64,000 nt of DNA from Octopus sinensis (lineage: Eukaryota). Under the pieces are notes generated by a model. The model was not told the DNA's origin. It was given only the letters and a program-made list of their open reading frames with translations, and did not search any database. The position numbers were made by a program, and so were the translations under genes. Location: NCBI RefSeq assembly GCF_006345805.1, contig NC_043008.1:52018001-52082000 (forward strand). Reading direction: 5' to 3'. Below, in pieces: positions 36,373 through 49,207 of the stretch (its first letter is position 1; the number at the start of each line of letters is the position of its first letter).

Positions 36373-37095
36373 GGTTTTTGTATCTCTGCATCTATATGTA
36401 TAACTGTATGTATATTTATTATATATATGAAACTTAGTTGTGTTTATCTGCATCACTATTCCCATGTATACACTCACATACACACGCATATACTTACAAT
36501 GTATGTATACACAAGGACACACAGACACAGGTAACTAGCATTTGAATACAGTAACTTGAAGAAAATGAAATTATTTGTATATAAGGGCAAAGGTCACCTT
36601 ATATTTTATAAACTGATTTATTTCACCTATCAGCTTCACTCTGATTGAATATTTGAAAAAAAATTATTTTTTTCCTTTGATGAATTTATGATAATTCTCT
36701 GTTCAGTTGGGAATGAGGTATCATAAATTGTAAAAGTGTTTGTGTGTGTGTGTGTGTACAAGAGAAGAAAGTAAATTGTTGAAGTGAAAGAATGAAAAAA
36801 AGGAGAGAAAACGAGGGGCAGTAAGAGCAAAGGACTTAACAAAATAAAAAAAAGTAGCAGTTCGAGAAAGAGCATACTGACCAGGTGTGTGTGTGTGAGA
36901 GAGAGAGAGAGGGGGAGTGAGGTAGGTGGCAGTTTGAGAAGGAGTATGTGTGAGATAGAGTGAGAGAAAGGTAAGTAGCAGTATGAGAGCACACTGACCA
37001 AGAGGGAGAGAGAGAGAGAGGCAGTAATTGGAGAGTAACTCTGACCAGAACAGAGTTGGGTAGAGGGTGGCAATATAAGAGAGCACCTTCTCCAT

Positions 37096-37129
<34 letters not shown>

Positions 37130-38390
37130 TAGAGAGATACCATTTCATATGATACAAAGGGAAGACAGCTACAGGCATGTGACTAAGAGACGAGAGAAGA
37201 AAACATGTTTGTTCATTGCATTAAGTTTTATGACATGTCATACTTGTAATACTATTTCTGTGTTAGTTACATGTCCTTTATAATTAAACATAGGCAGAGT
37301 GGTTTAAACAATAGTGTTTATTATTGCTGACAACATTGCACAGTGACCCTAATAAATCCATTTCATACATGAAGGTAATGTTTGACACTGGTAAACACGC
37401 AACTGCTAGATTATCTTATTTCTCAGGTGAATGTATTTCCCTTGCTTTGTTTTTGTTGTTAATTCAACCAGTAATTGCCTTGTTTCAGTTTTTGAAAATG
37501 TATTCAAGGTTGAAATAAAGAAAAACACCTTAACATCAAAATATATTAAACAAGTGAAGAAACTGGTGTGAATGTACTCATATACACACCCACTTAGGAA
37601 CATTTACATGTATAATGCTTCATCTGCATGCAATTTCAAGTATTCCTACTCACACACATACGTTTCTAGCTACGTAGACTTCTGTATTTACATAGACATT
37701 TACCTGCACACACACATATAACTAACTATATGCCTCGCATAAACACAGCAAGTGCATCCAAACATACACACCTACATACAAATATCTGCAATATGTATAC
37801 ACAAATATAGTTGTGCATGCAAATATAAGTAGAAAGGATCATCATTATTATTATGTGAGAGAGCAGTGCATGCCATCAAAGTGACACTGGGGTACAAATA
37901 TATACAAAGTCCAGTATACTCATCATGACTACCCGTCTGATAAGGGTACACCAGGCAAATGCACCACAACCATATGTGCGTAACATGGTGGTCTCATATC
38001 AACATAAACAGCACTTGACCTTGTAAGTGATGTCCAGTTGGAATCTTCTTCAGGTCGAGTTGCCCATCCCACTCAACAGGTCCCTGAATTGGGGTTGTTT
38101 CAGGATGTTGAACAAAACACCCATGTTTTCAAAGGTGAATTATTCAAACCCCAAAAAATGCCTCTCAACACATGGCTATGATGCTACCCCACTACTTCTG
38201 CTTGTGATCAGAGATACACATATTGTCTACCACCAAGGAACATGCTCAACTGGTTAAAGTCAAACAACTGACAAGCAAATCTGTGGTATTGAGCAGAATA
38301 TTTGCTGTAGCCTATCTTTTACACCATTTATTATTATCATTATTATCATCTTCTTCACCTCCTCCTCCCCGCCGCAGCAGCAGCAGCAGC

Positions 38391-39445
38391 AAGCTGGTAG
38401 AATTGTTAGTACACCAAAGTGCTTAGCGGTATTTGATCCATCTCTTTATGTTCTGAGTTCAAATTCTGCTGAAGTTGACTTTGTTTTTCATCCTTTTGGG
38501 GTCAATAAAATAAGTACCAATCAAGCGCTGAGGTTGATGTAATTGTCTATTCCCCTCCCCTAAATTTACTGGCTTCATGCTAAAGTTTGAAACCATTATT
38601 ATTATTATCATCAAGGTAGCAAGCTGGCAGAATCGATAGCTTGCTGGATGAAGTGTTTAGCAGTATTTCACCCATCGCTATGTTCTGAGCTTAAATTCCA
38701 CCGAGGTTGACTTTGCCTTTCATCCTTTTGGGGGTCAATGTAATCAACTTGTCCCCTCCCTCCAAATTCCTGCCCTTGTGGCAAAATTTGAAACCATAAG
38801 GCAGTAAGCTGGCAGAATTTTTAGCACACTGGGCGAAATGCTTAACGGTATTTTGTCTGTCGCTATGTTCTGGGTTCAAATTCTGCCAGCATTGACTTTG
38901 CCTTTCAGCCTTTCAGAGTTGATAAATGAATTACCAGTCATACACTGGATCGATGTAATCGACTAGTCACCTCCCCCCAACAACAACAAAAAAAAAAGTA
39001 GAAATTTCAGTTGAAAGGATTATCATTATTATAATTATTATTATTGCCGGCAGAATCATTAGCTTGCTGGGTAAAATGCTTAGCAGCATTTTGTCTATCA
39101 GCAGATTCTGAGTTTAAATTCTGCCAGAGTTGATAATAATGAAACGCTGAAGTCAATGTAAATGTCTAGTCCCCTTCCTTTAAAGGTGGAAAGGATTATT
39201 ATTATTATTATTTTCATTAAGGCGGCAGAATCGTTAGCAAACTGGGTAAAATGCATAACGACATTTCGTCCATCTTCATGTTCTGAGTTCAAATTCTGTC
39301 AGCTTTGCTTTTCGTCCTTTTAGGGGTTGATAAAATAGTATCAGTTGAGTAGTAAGGTTGATATAATTGCCTTACACCCTCTCCCAAAATTGATGGCCTT
39401 GAGTTAAAATTTAAAATAATAATAATAATAATATCATTATTATGT
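38391..39445 (+). repeat. Head-to-tail array of about 5 family-B SINE units separated by (ATT)n (smaller arrays at about 1545-2020, 14110-14640, 42240-42790)
   Basis: Repeated gctggcagaat..ttagc...ttctgagttcaaattc...gcctttcatccttt...gatgtaat...cccctccc...aaaccattattatt units. Confidence 0.8.
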
Positions 39446-41426
39446 TCAATAAATAAATGCATCAGTATAGAGTAAAAAGGTGTAAAAGTACGTGTTGAAA
39501 ATTGAATGATTTTCATAACTGGTTTCATGAGAACATTGCAAATAGATTTGATGTTTATTGGGAAATTACTTGTTTATACACACACACATACACACTTACC
39601 TAGACACACACACACACACACACACATTTTTGTATAAATGTCGTTATTTGAAGTATTTGCTGTGAAAATTAACTGGTTCTGTATGTGTGTAGGAACAAAC
39701 TTTTACATAAAGCAGAAAAGAAACTTTCCTTCTGGTAATTTTTATTTAGCTTAGCTTCTAGTTGGTCACCCTTTTAAAATATCTTTTCAACATTGCCTTG
39801 ACTTTTGATCCACTCGACTGTTTTGGAGATGGATGAGGCTGATATTCATATTTACAGAAAAATAAAATAGGTCCATAGGTTTAATTTCATTTGAATCTGC
39901 TTGAATTACATTGAAGTATAATGTAACAGAAAGAAATGTCAGATCAGAAGCTGTTGAGTAGGTTAAAAATAGTTTGCTGCTTGGGAAGTGTAACCAATCT
40001 GTATTTATAGCACCTGATTTAACGATTGAACATATTTGCCAAACAAGTGACAAAAGAGAAGCTTCCTGGCTGGTGCCAAGTTTAGGCTAATGAGTCAGGA
40101 ATTCTTTCTTTCTTTGTTTTGGATACTGTACTTTTAAGTTCATTTTGTATTTTAATAATAATAATAATAATAATAATAATGATGATGTTCCTTTCTGTTA
40201 AAGGCACCTGGCCTGAAATTTGGGGAAGTGGGGATAGTCGATTACATTGACTCCAGTGTTTCACTGGTACTTAATTTATCGACCCCCAAAAGGATGAAAG
40301 GCAAAGTCAACCTCAGCGGAATTTGAACTTGGAACAGAGTGACAGGCAAAATACCACTAAGCACTTCGTCTAGCATGCTAATGATTCTGCCAGCTCACCT
40401 CCTTTTTTAATAATAATGATAATAATAATAATGTTGTGTTATCTTTTAAATTAGCTGTCTATCTCTTGATTTTATTTCTTTTTTGTAAGTGGCTGTGTGA
40501 TTAGAAGTTTGTTTCTCAATCACATTGTTCTGGGTTCATTCCTGCTGTGTGGCACCTTGAGCAAATGTTTTCTACTATAGCCATGGACCAACCAAAGACT
40601 TGTCAGTGGATTTGGTTGACAGAAACTGAAACAAAGCCTTTGTGTGTGTGTATGTGTGTGTGTGTGTGTGTGTGTTGGTGTTTCTGTACTTGTCCCCCCT
40701 CCCCACCACTACTTGACAATTGGTGTTGATTTGTTTGTATTCTCACAACTTTGTGATTCAGACTTATAATAATACTAGGCTAGTAATAATACTAGGTTTG
40801 ACTAAACCCTTTGAGTCAATGCTCCAACATGGCCACGGTCCAGTGACATAAACCATATAATGATAAAGGATAAGATAATAATTAGTCAAGTTGGTATCAT
40901 CTTATAATTTAGTTGTCCATCTCTTCTTTTGATTTCATTTCCTTTTGTAAAGGAAATTGTCTTTTACAAGATAGCATCAATAAATATATATATATGGTCC
41001 CTCAGATGGTTACAGCTGTTACAAGGGAGATAATCATTTTGTCACAGTATAGGGGAAGATTTGAAATTGAAATTAACCCTTTTATTATGGGGGGGGGGGA
41101 AGATACATTGAATTTACAGTTAAGTCTTTTATTTATTTTTTTGCTTAATTCAAATGTTAATAAACACAATGGGAAAATAAATGTGTAACTGAAATAAAAT
41201 TAGTAATTTAGCTTCTTTTTTTTACTTCTGAAGAGCTAATTTCTAAGGAATGATGATGATGATCATCATCATCATTTAATGTCCGTTTTATATGCTGGCA
41301 TGGGTTGGATGGCTTTACAGGAGTTGGCAAGGCTAAAGGCTGCACTAAGTTCCATAGTCTTTTTTGGCTTGGTTTCTGCTGCTAAATGCCCTTCTAAATG
41401 CTAAATGGCTTTCAGTAATCTAAAGA

Positions 41427-41860
41427 CCATATTTTCTGGTGTATAAATCAAATTTTTTAAGCCAAAATTTACAGCCCCAAAATGCAGATCAACTTATACA
41501 CTAAGATTACTTTGGAGGGCCAAAGATTCCTTGTGAACTGCAGCAGGATTTGGAAGATAGCAATAATGTTTGAATGTTTACACTACATACTGTGTCAACT
41601 TGTATGCTTGAAAATACACTAAACAAATTATTTCTTTACCTTTAGCTAGAATGGAAATCTGTTTCACCCCACATTGCTATATTCCTTCATGTGGCTTTCC
41701 CATCATCTTTTCACCTTTGTTTTGCTTTGTTAAGTTCACAAATGTTTCTGTTTTAATAACTGCAAGATTTTAAAATCTTGTCTGCAGAATAATTTTGGCA
41801 AAATTAAAATTCTGGAAAATTTAGGTGTGGATATATGGATATACGTGTAATAAAAACACA
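41427..41860. mobile_element. Possible pogo/Tc1-type non-autonomous element
   Basis: Starts accatattttctggtgtataa...gcagatcaacttatacac, resembling CCGTATTTTC-type termini. Right end is poorly defined. Confidence 0.3.
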
Positions 41861-44747
41861 TATATATATATATATATATATATATGATGAGAAAAAATTA
41901 CCCAAGTTTTATTTACAATATCCATGACTACGAATAAGATAATTTCTCTTTCCATTATGGATACTCATCTGTTAGAATTGCCCATCTGAAGCTATGTATT
42001 CTTAATTATATTAAAAAGAGTTCTTGGCAAACCATTCTTTCCTTAACCTAGACACAAGGTCACATTTATGTTTTTGTTTTTTGTTTCTTCTTTTATCTAG
42101 CTCTACTTTGAAAACAAAATCAAATCAATAGAATTATTTTTCTTTTCTTCTGCAATCAAATTCAATAAATATTTTGTAAATATATTCCTTTTCCTCTATT
42201 GACATTTTTAACAATAATTTCTTCTACAAACAGTTATCAGGATTGCCTTTGAACAACAACAACAACAATAATAATAATAATAGTAATGATCCTTTCTACA
42301 ATAGGCACATTTTGGGGGAGGGAGCTAATCGTGTATAACTGGTACTTAATTTATTGAAAGAATGAAAGGCAAAGTCGACCTCACTGGAATTTGAACTTAG
42401 CACATAGTCAGACGAAATGCTACTAAGCTACTATGTTTATCAAGTTAACAATTAAGCTAGCTCTCTACCTTAGTAATAGTAGCAGCAAAAATGATAATAA
42501 TCCTTTCTTCTATAGACAAGACCTGACATTTTGGGAAAGGGGCTAGTCACTTACATCAGCCCCATTGTTTAACTGGTCCTTTTTCATCTACCCCTAAAAG
42601 AATGAAAGGCAAAGGTAACTTGGTAGAGTAGTAGTAGTAGTAAAAACTATAATAATAATAATAGTCCTTTCTACTGTAGGCAAAAGGCCTGAAATTTTGG
42701 GGGACAGGGCCTGATGATTACATTGACCCCAGGGATCAACTACTACTTATTTCATCAACCCTGAAAAGATGAAAGCAAAGTAATAACAGTAATAATTGAC
42801 TCTTATTATATTAGGTGAGGTGGGGGCAATTAAATTTTTTTTTTTAACCCTTTCATTCTATTTAGTGTGTAGCCCAAACTATATCTGCATATTTTATATC
42901 ATTGGTTTTACACATTTTTTTTTTAATGATTCCAAAAGACTTTAAATCAACCTCACCTAAATAATGTGACGTTGTCAATAATGTGGTTGGTTTCAGTATG
43001 TATCTGATATGTTGTCATTGCCTGCATTGCAACAGTTGTTGCTGATTAAAGCTCTGTTGTCTCCGTGACAGCATTAGATAAAATTCTCCCATAATGTATT
43101 TGAATTTCTATCAAGTCTTTCACCGTTTACTCCTTTCAGCTATTAAACTGCAGCCATGCTGGAGTACTGCATTGAGGAATTTTTAGTCAGATGAATTGAC
43201 CCCAGTACTTTCTTAAATCTGGTACTTATTCTATTGGTCTCTTTTGCCAAACTGCTATGTTACCAGCACATAAACACACCAACGCCAGTTGTCAAGCAGT
43301 GGTAGGGGACAAACACACACACACATACACACAATAGGCTTCTTTCAGTTTCTTTCTAAGAAATCCATTCACAAGGCATTGGTCTACCTGAACCTATAGT
43401 AGAAGGCACTAGCTGAAGGTGCCGTGCAGCGGAACTGAACCTGGAATTGCGATTGGGAAGCAAGCTTCTTACCACATAGCCACAACTGTGCCTATGAAGT
43501 CTGGTGGGGGAAAAAATGATTTTCCCTAACAACTCGAACTGCTTCTAGGTAAAGGTCAATCTCAGTTAACATTATTATATGATGCAAAAATATTGCAGTT
43601 GCCTCTAGCTAATATTTCATAACACTGTCCGATTATCTGCTAACTTTTTACCATTCAGTATATAGGCACAGTTAGGGGACATGCTAGCAGAATCATTAGC
43701 ATGCCAGGCAAAATGCTTAGCATTTTGTCCAACTTTGCCTTTCATCCTTTCAGGGTTGATAAAGTATCAGTTGACTACTGGGGTTCGTAAAATATCAGTT
43801 GACCGCTGGGGTTGATGTAACCAACTCACCTCCTCCAGTGAAATTGCTGGCCTTGTGCCAATATATAGGCACAGTCATGACTGCATGGTTGAGAAGTTGC
43901 TTCCCAACCACATGGTTTCAAGTTCAATCCCACTGAATGGCAACTGGAGCAAATGTCTTCTATATTCTTGGGCTGACCAAGCGTTGTGAGTGGATTTGGC
44001 AGTTGTGTGTCTCCTTGTCTTGACAGTGTGTGTTAGTTGTAAATGAATGTTGCTGTCATATGGACAGTACCATTCACTTCCAGTATTCTGTGGAAACATG
44101 TGGCTATGGGAAAAGTTACTTTTCTTGGTAACAGATAAGGCTTGATTTGATGGCAGGATGGGTTGTGTGTGTGACCCATGCAAGCAGGGAAAAGTGGATG
44201 TTATGATGCTGATGATAAAATCATGAGCAAAGTCTTAAATCATTAGAAATATAATGAAAATAAATAAACATATTTCTGGAAAGAAACAAATCCTATTTTG
44301 GTTGATTTACTGATTCTTCCATGGTTACAGTTTCATTCATTCATATAAAACTGCTTGTCAAAGATGGTGGATTAAAAGAAGATATATCCTACTACTAGAT
44401 GAGATTAATGAGGATAACAAAATAGGTATAAAATCTCTCTCAAATCACACTAATATAAGTTGAATAGATTTTACTTTCTGTTTTTTTGACTTAGCTAGTC
44501 ACTAGTGAAGTTCAAGAGCAAGGTAGCAAGAAAACAAATCTGAACTACTTAATGCAATGTCAAATGTTTGACACAATCATCACAGCAATCCTCTTATCTC
44601 CTCAACTCTAAAAAAGGACAACAGCTTCATTTTGATTGAGGTATTTATTCGATATTGATATGCTACACAAATACAAACACACACAAGGTTAAATCTGTAC
44701 TATATTTGTAGATGTTTGTAAATGTATGCATATATATATATATATAT

Positions 44748-44785
<38 letters not shown>

Positions 44786-47700
44786 CTAGTTTCAGCTCAC
44801 GAGCTGTGGCCATGCTGGGGCACCTGGACTTTCCCATCGAAGACAATGTCTGAGCTTTCAGCTTTTGCCAAATGGTTTACCCAAATGATTCGTTTATAGT
44901 GATCAAAAGTATTTACTGTACATTAGCTCACTTCCTCCATTAAACTGACATTGCCTGAGCAGGTACATGGTATACCACATGTCAGATATCAAGCGATCAC
45001 AGAGCAATGCAAGATGAAGTGTTTCACTCAAGAACACAACACACCACCTGATCTAGGAATGTAGTTCTGTGGTTGACTAGTTTACTTCTGAGTCGCATAG
45101 TTTTGGGTTCAGTCCCATTGCATGACACTTTGGGCAAGTGTCATACACTATGGCCCCAAGCTGATCAAATCCACTCTGAAATCCTTGTAAGTGGATTTGG
45201 TATTCAGAAACAGAAAGAAACCCATATTTATGTCTCCTTGTGACAGTTGTAAAGAAAGGTTATTTTATCATACAAGAAGTGCCACTCATTTCCAGTGTTC
45301 TGCAAAATATGTCTGGCCACGAGGAAATATCTCCTTGTTTGGAAACAGATGAGGGTTGATGACAGGAAGGGCATCTGCTTTCAGAAAATCTGACACAATA
45401 AACTCTGATGTAAACATAGAAAAGTAGATGTTAAAATATTTACACACACACACACGTATATGTATACCTTTTACTTGTTTCAGCCATTAGACTGAGGCCA
45501 TGTTGGGGCACCACCTTGAAGGATTTTTAGTCATATGAATCGGCCATAGTACCTGTTTTCTTTTAGCCTGTTACTTATTCTATTGGTTTCTGTTGCTGGA
45601 CTGCTAATTTACAGGGATATAAACACACCACACTGACATTGGTTGTTAGATGGTGGTGGCGAACAAACACACACAGAATGAGCTTCTTTCATTTTCCGCC
45701 TGCCATTTACTCACAAGGCTTCAATTGGCTCAAGACTATAGTGGAAGATACTTCCCCAATGTGCTATGCAGTGAGACTGAATCTAGAACCATGTGGTTGG
45801 GAAGCAAACTTCTTATTACACAGCCATGTATATACATTTATGATTTTTAGGGATGACAAGTTCATAGGATATATGGACTTGTAATGGCATCCTAATTATC
45901 TGATGGTAATCACAGTATACTATGTGGTGACAAAGAGGGTGGAAAATAGGGGCAGTGTTGACAGATGCTAGCAATAGTGTTGATGTATGAAAGGTCATGG
46001 GGTCATATTCAGCTCAAGTGGGTGGGTTGGTGTGTATAGTAGTTGTTGAAATGGCAGTGGGTAGTGATGAGGAAGATGAGAACAGCCAAATCATGTTGAT
46101 GCTGCTGGTAGTGGTAAAGACAAAAGAAGGGTTAGAAGGTGCCAATTTTCCATACTTGCAGTTTGGAGTTTGAGATAGACTCTCTGCAGCTGGATGCCCC
46201 TCCTGTTGCCTAGCCTCACTTGTTTCCAAATAAGATATTTTTTCCATGGTCAGACATGTTTTTCATGGAAGATTAGAAATGAATAGCATTGCTTGAATGA
46301 TAATGATGCTCATTTACCATTGTTATTTCAAGACAAGGATACACAACCACACAAATACCTACCTTCATACATACATACATACATACATACATACATACAT
46401 ACTGTGTGTGTGGTGTGTGTGTGTGTAGGCATGGCTGTGTGGTAGAGAAGCTTGTTTCCTGGTCGTGTGATCTTTGGTTCAGTCCCACTGTGCAGCACTT
46501 TGGGTAAGTGTCTTCTATTATAGTCCTGGGCTGACCAATGCTTTATAAACATATTTAGTAAATGGAAACTAAAGGAAGCTTGTTATACATGTGTGTGTCT
46601 TGTCTTGAGATCATGTGATGATTGTAAATGGTTGACAACAAGGAGGGCATCTGGCTGTAGAAAACAGACCTCAACAAATTCCAAATGAACTACCATGGAA
46701 AAGTGGACGTGAAATAATGATGATGTGTTAATATTTGGTGGGTTCAAAAAGCTTTGATCATCCTGAGGCTGTAATAGAAGACTTTTGCCTCCAGTGCTGT
46801 GCAGTGGGACTGAACCCAAAACCACATGGTTGAGAAGCAAGCTATTTTATTATTGAAAAGTACCGTTAACATAGTTTTTATATTTAAAAACAAAACCAAG
46901 TTAAATTATTGCTTTTGTAGAAATACGTTCCATACATTCTATGACCTAATATTTTTATTAGAAAATTTAAATCAAAATATCTAAATAGTTTCAGATAAAA
47001 TATGTAACCATTTAAATTTCACATGATCAATCATTTTTTAAAAACTATACCACGTGATGTGTGTGTGTGTCTGTGTGTGTTTGAAAATATTTCTTTCGGT
47101 CATTGATATTGTGTTTGGTACATTTTACCTCATTCTTTATCTTTCACAAATAATTTATAGTGAAACAAATACTACCAAGTTAAAGTTAGGGTGTGCAACA
47201 CTATTTTCATTTAGCTTTCATTCAACTCCAGTCTGTTTCTTGGTATCTGACAACTGTTTATTTTATCCAGCTGTTGATTGTTGAGAAGTAAAGCCTTTGT
47301 TGCCTGCAATTAAACAAGATTCATAATAAATACTGGTGTGTTATGGCTAACTTGATTAAATGTTGGCACGTGAGTGAGTGTTATTAAGACTAGTGTATTC
47401 TGTGGTCATGGATTCAAATGTTACCGAGGGAGTGTTACTGTAGTGTTCCTGTAAGATATGTAGCTGTTTCCTCCAATTTCTTCATTGGAACATAGGGAGA
47501 GAGAGAGAGAGAAACACTCTTTCCTATTGACTAGTTTCATCATTGTTTCATTATGACATCTGCTTTTCCATGCTTGCATGGATTGAGTGCAGCATCCCAC
47601 TTACCTTCCTTGTCAGCTTCAACATCTTCAACTGTTTTATCATTTAGATTATTCTCTCAAATGCAGTGCTTATTTATTCACATTGTGCGGGTGGCACGTA

Positions 47701-48988
47701 AAAAGCACCCACTACACTCACGGAGTGGTTGGCGTTAGGAAGGGCATCCAGCCGTAGAAACACTGCCAGATCTGACTAGGCCTGATGAAGCCTTCTGGCT
47801 TCACAGACCCCGTCCAACCCATGCTAGCATGGAAAACGGACACTAAACGATGATGATAATGATTGGGAATCCTGTATAATCTCGTAGTTTTGAGATTTTG
47901 ATGATGTGATTGTTTATTTTTAGAATGACATTGTAGGGTAGGTGTGAGAGGCCAGATCTAGCGAGTTCGAATATTTGGGCCTAATCTGGTCTTTTTCGAT
48001 GCTGAAAGGTCACAATCACTTCCTCGTTCTTCCTCTTCCACAGTTCGGTTTCCTTCCTCTGGGATCTGCTGTTTGGTTTTTCTGTGTTGTATAATAGCAG
48101 GAAACAAAACAAAACAAAGCAAAAAAAGGAAATCTGCAAAGTGGCATCTTATTGCTTTTTGCATACTGTTCTACAATAACTACTTAATAGTTGTTATATA
48201 TTTTACCCATCAAGAGGAAAGGGAGGTGAGGGTAGATTTGTTTTTGTTTCAGTTGATAACTGTTGCTATAATTGGATAAATATTAGTATCTAACAACCAA
48301 TGCACACACACACACACACACTCGTGCACGCACACACTCGTGCACAGAGATTTAGTTTTCTACACCCTTCCTCTCTTTCTATCCCTGACATTAAAATCTA
48401 TTACTTAACTACTGCTTATTCTCAAGTAGATGTTTAAACCTTCTTTTATAAGACTTTTCTTACATTTTTCACATTTTGTTTTCAATGCTTTCTCTCTCTC
48501 TTTAAGCTCAAAGTAAATTCAATCAAATGTGTTTTTGCCTTTTGTTTTTCCTTATATGAAAACAATTTTAATGTGTTGAAATGAAATTTTAGTTTGAAGC
48601 TGTGGCAGTTAGTTGTACAGTGGATACAAATGGAAAACGGAGGACGGGGATGGGTTTGGGTGGGAAAGAAACTTTTATGCACAATTACAATGAAACCATT
48701 CTCTGCTCATTGCACCAGAATGACTCGTTAACCATAACAAATTGCTTTTAATAACTTAGAAACTTAGATAAACTACTTTGTAATACTTTCCAATATAATA
48801 TCAAATTATGTAAAAGTTGTTGTATCTTTATTTTATGGACTAAAGATATAAATACATAAATAATCTCTTTATATAGAGCTTGTTTTCCTTATTTTCCTTA
48901 ATATTCTCTGTCGGTGGCAATGTGCTTTTAGTGCCATCTTTGCATATATTTTAGTTGTTTGCTTGTATTGATTTTGCAATGGCTTTAA

Positions 48989-49207
48989 CCCTTTAGTATT
49001 TAAACCGGCCATATCCGGCCAAAATAGCTAATCTGTTTTATGTTCAAACTGACCAGATCCAGGCTCTCACACCTACCCCACAATGTTATTCTACATTAAG
49101 TAATTACACCATCAAGATCTTGAAGATATGAGATAATGCATGATCAATTCAAATCAATGGGAATCAATAGGCATTATGTTTGATAGAATAATCTGAACAC
49201 TAAAGGG
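48989..49207. mobile_element. piggyBac-like MITE (related copies at about 15035-15238, 32517-32630, 47870-48010; second family at about 740-956 and 15400-15600)
   Basis: TTAA|CCCTTTAGT ... ACTAAAGGG|TTAA: TTAA target duplication and CCC/GGG termini. Confidence 0.7.

Noticed and set aside
36636-37178. 180-aa and 140-aa minus-strand ORFs
   Set aside because: They arise from purine-rich (GA)n/(GT)n low-complexity sequence with a loosely repeated gcagt..gagagca.actgacca motif, and have no protein-like composition.
47781-47812. CTGATGA followed by a small hairpin (also at 4743, 42712, 49310)
   Set aside because: No correctly placed GAAA or stems I/III; the 47781 case is a variant of the RTE 3'UTR.
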